A DNA stretch of 64,000 nt from Alphaproteobacteria bacterium. GTDB taxonomy: Bacteria; Pseudomonadota; Alphaproteobacteria; SP197. The DNA is taken from assembly GCA_965213815.1 (NCBI GenBank), contig OZ243917.1, forward strand, positions 2,345,747 through 2,409,746, given 5' to 3'. Every line of letters starts with the position of its first letter. Position 1 is the stretch's first letter. Of this stretch, positions 61,101-64,000 are shown in pieces. The notes beneath the pieces are model-generated. The model was not told the DNA's origin and did no database searches. It saw nothing but the letters and a program-made list of their open reading frames with translations. A program made the position numbers and the translations under genes.

Positions 61101-63999
61101 GTATTTCGATGCTCTGCGCCGCTACGTTGGAATAGTCCGTGCCCTCCGTGGCGGAGTCGCCGTCCTTGCCCACCGTTACCGTGACCGTCTGCGCGGCGGC
61201 AAAGCGTGTGGCGCCGTTGATGGTGGCCGTGACCCGCACCGTCTTGACACCGCCTTCCTCGGCAATACTGCTCTGCACGTTGTTGGTGGCGGTGTCCGCA
61301 TCCACCGACAGGGTGATGCCGGTGGGGGCGGCGTCATCGTCAGTGATGGTGCCGGTGGCCTCGGCGGTGGCAATCGTGCCGCCCACCGCTCCGGTCAGCT
61401 CCACCAGGAAGGTCTCGTCGCCCTCGGCCAGCACGTCCTCGGTGGTGGCGACCGTGAAGGTCTGGCTGCTCACGTCCCTGGCGAAGTTCAGCACAGTCGC
61501 CGCTGTGACCGGCGTGTAGTCGGTGGCCGAAGCCGCGCCCGCTCCGCTGTCCGGCTTGGTGTTCCACTTCACCGACACCGCGTTGTCCATCGCCCCGCTC
61601 CGGGTCACCGTGAAGGTGACGCCGTTTCCTTCCGTGGCACTGGCATCGGCCACGGCAAACGACGGCTCGGTGTCGTCGTTCTTGATTGTCCCGGTGGCCG
61701 TGCCCTTGCCCGTGGCGATGCTCACCCCGGTGCCTGGGTCGTCCTCCGCCAGCGCCGGGGCGCTCAACACCGCCAGGAACGTCTCGTCCGGCTCGAACAG
61801 GTCGTCCTGTGTGGTCTGTACCTCCACGGTCTGACTGGCGACGCCCTTGGCAAAGTTCAACGTCTGCGCCGTGGCGATGGCGGTGTAATCGTCCGCATCG
61901 GCGGCATTGACCCCATCGCCGCTGTCCGTGGCCGTGGTTACTTTAACCGCCGCCACGTTATCCCCGGCCCCGGCGCGGCTCACCATGAAGGTCACCTTGC
62001 CGCCCTCGGTGGCCTCCGCATCAGCAATCGAGAAGCTCACCGGGTCGTCGTTGTCGGTGAAGGTTACTGTTGCGCCGGTGACCGTGACGCTGCTCAGCGT
62101 GCCCGTAACGTCGATCGTCTCGTTAGGTTCGTCGAGGTCATCGTCCACCGGCGTCACAGTGAAACTGCCAACCTGGCTGGCCGCGCCCGCGGCAATAGTG
62201 ATGTTGAAGTTGCTCACCGCCGCATAGTCGGCGGGCGATGCCGCGGTGCCGTCCGCCACGCTCACCGCCACAGTTTGTGCCTCCACATAGCGCGTGTCGC
62301 CGTTCACCGTGGCCGTCACGGTAACCTCTGTGGCGCCGGCGTCCTCGGCCACCGTGCTCGGCGCGCCGTCCCCGGCGCCGTTGGTGTCCACGCTCAACGT
62401 GATGCCGCTCGGCGCCGCGTCATCGTCCGTGAGAGTGATCTCATCAGGCGTTATCGTGATGCCGGACAGGGTTCCCGTAACGCCGATGGTCTCGTTGCCC
62501 TCGGCCAGCACGTCATTGTCGGGGGTGAGGGTGAAGGTGTTGCTCGCGTCGTCCTCGCCCACGCCTATGGTGATGTCGAAACTTTCCACGGCCGTGTAGT
62601 CCGTGCCGGAGATGGCCGTGCCGCCGCCCACGCTCACCGATACGGTCTGGGCCTGCGCGTAGCGGGTGGCGCCGTTCACCGCGGCGGTAACGGTGATGGT
62701 TTTGGCGCCGCCGTTCTCCGTGACCGAGTCGGGATTCGCCGTGAGAGTGATGCCGCTGGGGGCGGCGTCATCGTCGGTCACAGTCACCGCCACTCCCTCG
62801 ACAGTTTCGTCGGCGTAATCCGTCCCCACGGCGCTCACCGTGTGGGCGATGGTGGTGGCGCGCGCGTTGCCGGTGTTGTCGATGACGTCGGCTTGGCCGG
62901 TAACGGTCACCGTGCGTTCCGAATTCCAGTCGTCGGCGTCGAAGACCAGGCTCGCCGTATCGATCCTGGCCACGGACTCATCGCCGCTTTTCAGGTTGAC
63001 CGTTACCGCGCCGGTGGGCTCGCTTGTGAGCACCACCTTGTAGGTTTCCTGGTCCTCCCTTTCATCGGCGGTGCCCGTGTTGTCCGCCTCGGCCACGGTC
63101 AATGCCGTGGGAGTGATGCTGACGCCGCGGGTATCGTCATCCGTGATCGTCCCGCTGGCGGCGCCCGCGCCTTCGGCCGTCGAGACCGTGGCGTTTGTCG
63201 GCGTGCCCAGCGTGACCGTGATCGTTTCGTTTTCCTCGTCCACCTCATCGCCGGCCACGGGGATTACGATGCTCGCCTGCGTCTGCCCCGCGGCGATCAT
63301 CACGGAGCGCGGGTCGGGCTCGGTGTAGTCCGTGCCTGCCGTGGCCGTGCCGCTCAGCGTGTAGGGCACCGTCACGGTCCGGCCGCTGGCGGCCGAGAGC
63401 GTGACGGCGAAGGTCATGTTGGTGGGCGGATCGGGGGCCGCCACGTCGCCTTCGGTCACCGCCGCGGCGTCGGCGACGGATACCGTGGGCGTGGGGTCGT
63501 TGTCATTGATGGTTCCCGTGCCGTCCAGCGTGGTGGCGCCGCCCGTCAGTGTGGCATTGGAAGGCGAGGACAGGCGCACGACTACTGTCTCGTCGAGTTC
63601 ATCGATGGCATCGCCGCTCACCGTGACCGCCACGGGCTTGCTGGTCTCGCCGGGAGCGAAGGTCAGCATGCCGCTGGCCAGGGTCGCGTAGTCCGTGCCG
63701 CCCGAGGTTGCGGTGCCGGTGCCGGCGTCCGCGTAGTCCACGGTCACCTGTTTGTCGCTTGCCGGGGTCAGCCGCACGGTGAAGGTGAGCGTTGCCGTGG
63801 CGCGACCGTCCACCTCCATCACGGACGGGCTGTTGATGGACAGCGTCGACGGGCCATCGTCGTCATTGACCGTGACCGTCACATCGCTTGCCGATGCGCC
63901 GTCGTAATCCGTCCCCGTGGCGGTCACGGTATGGGTAATGGCGGCGGTGCGCCGGTCCATCTCGTTGTCGATACCGTCAGCCACCGCGGTCACCGTCAC
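45040..63999 (-). CDS. Giant Calx-beta-repeat surface protein with C-terminal autotransporter-type beta-barrel, 5'-partial (N-terminus beyond window)
   Basis: There is a single uninterrupted minus-strand frame of 6319 codons running to the window edge. It contains dozens of ~100-130-aa repeats with the Calx-beta signature (...TATSGTDY..V....T.G.........D...E.DETF.V.L......ATI....ATGTI.DDD...). The C-terminal ~360 aa have alternating hydrophobic beta-strand character and end ...HTFGLQITLRW, which is typical of type Va autotransporter translocator domains. Confidence 0.85.
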   Translation of the reverse strand: MTVTAVADGIDNEMDRRTAAITHTVTATGTDYDGASASDVTVTVNDDDGPSTLSINSPSVMEVDGRATATLTFTVRLTPASDKQVTVDYADAGTGTATSGGTDYATLASGMLTFAPGETSKPVAVTVSGDAIDELDETVVVRLSSPSNATLTGGATTLDGTGTINDNDPTPTVSVADAAAVTEGDVAAPDPPTNMTFAVTLSAASGRTVTVPYTLSGTATAGTDYTEPDPRSVMIAAGQTQASIVIPVAGDEVDEENETITVTLGTPTNATVSTAEGAGAASGTITDDDTRGVSITPTALTVAEADNTGTADEREDQETYKVVLTSEPTGAVTVNLKSGDESVARIDTASLVFDADDWNSERTVTVTGQADVIDNTGNARATTIAHTVSAVGTDYADETVEGVAVTVTDDDAAPSGITLTANPDSVTENGGAKTITVTAAVNGATRYAQAQTVSVSVGGGTAISGTDYTAVESFDITIGVGEDDASNTFTLTPDNDVLAEGNETIGVTGTLSGITITPDEITLTDDDAAPSGITLSVDTNGAGDGAPSTVAEDAGATEVTVTATVNGDTRYVEAQTVAVSVADGTAASPADYAAVSNFNITIAAGAASQVGSFTVTPVDDDLDEPNETIDVTGTLSSVTVTGATVTFTDNDDPVSFSIADAEATEGGKVTFMVSRAGAGDNVAAVKVTTATDSGDGVNAADADDYTAIATAQTLNFAKGVASQTVEVQTTQDDLFEPDETFLAVLSAPALAEDDPGTGVSIATGKGTATGTIKNDDTEPSFAVADASATEGNGVTFTVTRSGAMDNAVSVKWNTKPDSGAGAASATDYTPVTAATVLNFARDVSSQTFTVATTEDVLAEGDETFLVELTGAVGGTIATAEATGTITDDDAAPTGITLSVDADTATNNVQSSIAEEGGVKTVRVTATINGATRFAAAQTVTVTVGKDGDSATEGTDYSNVAAQSIEIPIGAASAYVDFPLTPTTDVLSEGSETISVEGTLTDVTFTNTAITITDDDAAPGAITLSVDADTGTNNVQSSIAEEGGVKTVRVTATINGTTRFATAQTVTVTVGKDGDSATEGTDYATVDQQSIEIPIGAASAYVEFMLTPTTDVLFEGSETISVDGTLTGVTFTNSSITITDDDAAPSAITLSVDTNAGGDGTPTTLAEGAAATTVRVIATITSATRFATEQTVKVKVGKDGDSAAEGTDYALVADQNINIPAGATSAYVDFSLAPTQDVLDETNETISVDGELTGVTFTPATITINDDDAAPEFITLTVDTNAGGNGTPTSVGEEAGATTVRVTATITSATRFSANQAVTFEVGKSADSATEDTDYTEVGTLTITIDGGAASGYVDFTLTPTSDVLDEPNETISVHGTQANITFTDATITITDDDAAPSGITLSVDTNGAEDGTPSTVAEDAGATVVTVTATVNGTTRYVDAKTVTVSVADGTAASPADYAAVSGFNITIAAGAASHTGSFTVTPVDDDLDEANETIDVTGTLTDITITAATVTLTDTDAPVSFSIADAEATEGGKVTFTVSRAGAEDNVAEVKIATTADSGDGVNAADADDYTAIAAAQTLNFTAGTTSQTVEVQTTQDDLFEPDETFRAVLSAPALGDGDPGTGVSIETGKGTAIGTIKNDDTQPSFAVADASASEGDAITFTVTRSGAMDNVVSVKWNTSSDSGAEANAAFPSDYTPVTTARTLTFAKGASSQTFTVATTEDVLDEDDETFLVELTGAVGATIATAQATGTITDDDAAPSGITLTVSPATVGEGDGETEITVTATVNGTTRYVDAKTVTVSVGGGTATSDTDYDAVANFDITIAAGAASHTGTFDLTPTDDDLHEGSETIDVTGVSGTLTITKASITLEDDDAQPSFAVADASASEGDAITFTVTRSGAMDNAVSVKWNTKAASGAGAASTSDYTEMTTATKLDFAKGVGTQTFTVATTEDTLNEADETFLIELTEPVGATIADAEATGTITNDDAAPTTLTLAVDADNNAENVQSSLAENGGAKTVKVTVTLGGSTQFDVDKTLTLIVGDDDDSANEGTDYTNVADVTLTIPAGDQDVEHIFTLTPTDDAFREDNETISFDATLASVIVTGASITLTSEDAAPAITLTVDADKDTDNIQTSLAEDGGVKTVRVTATLDGTTRLEEAADLTLAVGKNSDSAVEGTDYANVADRTITIGAGVASVTDDFTLTPTNDDLYEGSETISLDGTLTGVTVTDTSLTLTDDDAQPSFAVADASAAEGDAITFTVTRSGAMDNAVSVKWNTKAATGAGAASTTDYTAMTTATKLDFAKGVGSQTFTVATTEDTLHEGNETFLVELTEPVGAIISDAEATGTINDDDAAPTGITLTVDTNGSTSGTPSTVAEDAGATVVTVTATVNGTTRYVDAKTVAVSVADDTAASPADYAAVSGFNITIAAGAASQTGSFTVTPVDDDLDEANETIDVTGTLTDITITGAMVTLTDTDAPVSFSIADAEATEGGKVTFTVSRAGAEDNVAEVKIATAADSGDGVKAAGTDDYTAIAAAQTLNFAKGVTSQTVEVQTTQDDLFEPDETFRAVLSAPALGEDDPGTGVSIETGKGTAIGTIKNDDTEPSFAVADASASEGDTITFTVTRSGAMDNAVSVKWNTKAATGAGAAATTDYTAMTTATKLDFAKGVETQTFTVATTEDTLHEGNETFLVELTEPVGAIIGDAEATGTITDDDAVPTALTLSVDADTSTDGTQTTIAEDGGVKTVRVTATLGGNSTFTEAKTVTVEVGADADSATEGTDYANVGTQSITINAGSSSGYVDFPLTPMQDTLHEGSETISLDGTLTGVTVTDATITLTDDDGAPTALTLSVDADTNTNGVQTSLAEGGGAKTVRVTATLSGSSTFTEAKTVTVEVGADADSATEGTDYTNVGTQSITINAGASSGYVEFTLTPIDDTRHETSETISFEGALDGVTVINVSLSLTDNDAAPTTLTLAVDADDDAENVQSSLAENGGAKTVKVTATLGGSTQFDEDKTLTLIVGDDDDSATEGTDYTNVADVTLTIPAGDQDVEHTFMLTPTDDAFNEASETISFDVTLASVVVTGASITLTSDDAAPAITLTVDADKDTGNVQTSLAEDGGVKTVRVTATLDGTTRLEEAADLTLAVGKDGDSAVEGTDYTTVADRTITIGAGVASVTHDFTLTPMQDVLHEGSETISLDGTLTGVTVTDATITLTDDDAAPGGITLTVSPATVGEGAGETEITVTATVNGSTRYVDAKTVTVSVGGGTAISGTDYDAVSNFDIIIAAGDASKAGTFDLTPTDDDLHEGSETIDVTGTSGALTITKAEISLTDDDGQPSFAVADASADEGDTITFTVTRSGAMDNAVSVKWNTKAATGAGAAATTDYTAMTTATKLDFAKGASSRTFTVATTEDTLHEGDETFLVELTEPVGGIISDAEATGTITDDDAVPTALTLSVDADTGTMGTQTSLAEDGGAKMVRVTATLGGSSTFTEAKTVTVEVGPDADGATEGTDYTEVTSKSITIDAGSLSGYVDFTLTPTDDDIDEPSEGISIEGTLTGIIVTGTAITLTDDETTPTVTLVLTPTAINESGNGNASTVTATLSGKSSVAVTLTVAAAAGADTVASDFTVTTNKTLTIAAGVTTSAGTVTITAVDNDIDAPNKSVTVSAVASGGGVANPDNQTLTINDDEGVPTATLVLTPASISESGATNSSTVKATLSGKSNAAVTLTVATAAGANTAAADFTLSATTTLTIAAGATTSAGAVTITAVDNDVDAPNKSVTVSATASGGGVANPADQTLTITDDEGTPTVTLVLTPTTIDESGDDNASTVTAMLSGESSAAVTVTVSVPNDAPVTLSGNTTLTIAAGSKASTGAVTITAVDNDVDAPNKTVTVSATASGRDVANPASQTLTITDDDAAPSGITLSVSPTAVGEEDSETEITVTATVNGTTRYADAKTVTVSVGGGTAISGTDYDAVDNFDITIAASDASKAGTFDLTPINDVLSEANETINVAGTSGSLTITPTTVTITDDDAAPGAITISVDADTGTDGTQTTIAENGGAKTVRVTATITGETRFVEAKTVTLEVGADADSATESTDYREVTSKSIPINAGAASGYVEFTLTPTDDTRHEASETISLDGSLAGLTVSDGSLSITDNDAAPTTLTLTVDADDGTDNVQSSLAENGGAKTVRVTATLGGSTQFDEDKDLTLIVGKNTDSATEGTDYTDVADVTLTIPAGDQDVEHTFTLTPTDDTFHEASETISFDATVARLTVAGASISLTSDDAAAAVTLTVDTNSTMQGDQDTLAENAGATSVTVTATLSGATRFDKSTDLTLIVGDADADSATEGTDYTDVADQTITIGANAQSASHTFTITPTDDAFHEANETISLEGALAGVTVSGDTITLTSEDAAPAITLTVDADKDTDNVQTSLAEDGGGKTVRVTATLDGTTRLEEAADLTLAVGKDGDSAVEGADYTTVADRTITIGAGVASVTHDFTLTPTNDVLHEGAETISLDGTLTGVTVTDTSLTLTDDDATPSGITLTVSPATVGEGAGETEITVTATVNGTTRYVDAKTVTVSVGGGTATSDTDYDAVANFDITIAAGDASKAGTFDLTPTQDDLHEGNETIGLDGTVTGVTVTDASLTLTDDDGQPSFAVADASADEGDTITFTVTRSGAMDNAVSVKWNTKAATGAGAAATTDYTAMTTATKLDFASGASSQTFTVATTEDTLHEGNETFLVELTEPVGAIIGDAEATGTITDDDAVPTALTLSVDADTGTMGTQTSLAEDGGAKMVRVTATLGGSSTFAEAKTVTVEVGPDADGATEGTDYTEVTSKSITINAGASSGYVDFTLTPADDDIDEPVESISIEGTLTGVTVTGTAITLTDDEGTPTVTLVLTPGTINESGNGNASTVTATLSGESSAAVTVEVSVPNTAPVTLSANKTLTITAGSKASTGTVTITAVDNDVDAANASVVVSGAASGGGVTNPANQTLTITDDEGTPTVTLVLRPTTINESGATNASAVTAMLSGKSNTAVTLTVAAAAGANTVAGDFTVSNNKTLTIAAGATTSTGTVKITAVNNNVDAPNKSVTVSATASGGGVTNPDNQTLTITDDDAPPTGITLSVSPATLGEGDGLTQITVTAAVNGTTRYVDAKTVTVSVGGGTAISGTDYGAVSNFDITIAAGDASETGTFDLTPTDDALHEEDEMIEVTGTFGALTITPATVTIVDNDASGPAGTVSLSTSRYEVLEGDSLSVTVNLSEAPAADTMIELEATSPGGYSATPGADYVGGVQTVTIRAGTTSGKAHIPTTRDNQNDPNETFKLAIRASELPGTVTLGEPDTAVVTIRERVSGITPPETATAVYAGRKSRILMPVPAGLKGHGIDVAFYFDWGPGTAQGGGDCREPGTDVVDWGHWPSYPEGMVRTGPLVRIAEDINTDTIELEIELCKGSVGKTFTASWDSLQWLGNPDRGFPGVKSYPFNAAAAHCTSTALCYTRVTIIGDTPDPDPEITIAAGGDITEGGDAVFTVQASPAPASDLEIALAIADDAVSDFLTDGEEGSKTVTIAAGSDTATYTLATTDDDLDEANGGVSATLEAGTGYRVASPSTATVAVADNDGDDDARATVVRITGGADITEGGVARFTLTGAPAPSQDITVNLRVTQSGAFAGDGELGARPVTLGTDATVTVDIPTVDDSTLEDDGSLTIIVEPGTGYTPHATDASATVAVADDEVPSLPTIHIDDVEAAEGDDLHFTFTLSHAVDHEVVVYWETRFGANYHDDENGHGPSYGEAIPHADFRYADSRVTVYPGSTRGEFWVETFDDFHDEGRETLTVVLTEAEGAIIVDELATGTIINSDPMPAAWLARFGRAVAEAALDGIAGRMAAPRTAGVEGTLAGQAFSLGTGGQSPPATLAAGPDAWSDDVSGTQSQGMTMREVMLASSFAVTGESDSRGGSLALWGRGARSDFDGREGSLSLAGETTTAMLGGDYARGPWLVGLALLQSAGEGAYAGTDEEDGGTVEASLTAAVPYAALQASERLKVWGALGHGTGDVTLKPGEGKEMEADISWTMAALAARGDVIAPESGPALALTTDALWARTESDRTQGLVASQSDVTRLRLGLEGSWKVALEGDGSVTPRVEVGARHDGGDAETGSGVEVGGGIVWSDPGLGLSLDLSGRTLISHAADDFEDRGYAASVAFDPDPASELGLSLALRQETGGAATGGLDRLLAPEVLEARSGAETESRWQVEAAWGMALLEGQYIGSPHLGFGLARDERDYTLGWRLTPESEALDLSVGVTLTRRESEYTAPQHTFGLQITLRW
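48000..63999 (-). repeat. Tandem array of Calx-beta-domain coding repeats (several sub-families; 378-bp periodicity in places; higher-order near-identical copies at 3951-bp offset)
   Basis: Antisense spurious ORFs of near-identical sequence recur at 60383, 60761 and 61139 (378-nt spacing). Strings of at least 60 nt are identical at 49990 and 53941, and about 600 bp align with few mismatches at a 3951-bp offset. Related blocks recur near 56.1, 57.2, 58.3 and 59.0 kb. Confidence 0.85.
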
Positions 64000-64000
64000 C

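Noticed and set aside
45040-63999. Dozens of plus-strand ORFs of 60-790 aa inside the giant minus-strand gene (e.g. 46216..48012, 48082..50046, 51619..53997 and the many ~100-aa 'MPSVAESPSLPT...'-type ORFs)
   Set aside because: They are antisense frames of a high-GC, highly repetitive coding region. They repeat with the same period as the minus-strand Calx-beta units, are Ala/Ser/Val/Pro/Arg-rich low complexity, and have no recognisable domains. The single 6319-codon minus-strand frame with clear Calx-beta and beta-barrel signatures explains the region.

Overview
This is a GC-rich bacterial chromosomal segment, probably proteobacterial. Its backbone is conserved housekeeping genes. One long co-directional minus-strand string runs rpoZ, spoT/rel, lepB, rnc, era, recO, parC with 4-bp overlaps. 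The backbone also carries clpS-clpA, bpt, folK, a family-4 UDG, RidA, a TPP enzyme, a heterodimeric ABC exporter and a Na/Pi cotransporter. Between these sit catabolic or accessory modules: (1) a 5'-truncated penicillin/AHL-acylase-like Ntn hydrolase followed by an N-formylglutamate amidohydrolase-family gene; (2) a tight 4-gene operon of an MttB-family methyltransferase, an SRPBCC protein, an Asp/Glu-racemase-family protein and a dimethylglycine/sarcosine-dehydrogenase-family flavoenzyme fused to a GcvT domain; (3) a Co-type nitrile hydratase alpha/beta pair next to a TRAP transporter with unusually large membrane subunits; (4) an AbiEi/AbiEii module in a lower-GC pocket whose toxin carries about 270 extra C-terminal residues (WYL-like segment plus a Cys/His zinc ribbon); (5) an Xre(DUF2384)-RES toxin-antitoxin pair with ATGA start/stop overlap, preceded by a lower-GC stretch and followed by a G14 homopolymer; (6) at least 19 kb (over 6300 codons, N-terminus beyond the window) of a giant Calx-beta-repeat protein ending in an autotransporter-type beta-barrel, built from near-identical DNA repeats. 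Most plus-strand ORFs in the ORF track over 45-64 kb, and many long ORFs opposite real genes elsewhere, are high-GC antisense artefacts. No rRNA, tRNA or CRISPR array was recognised.
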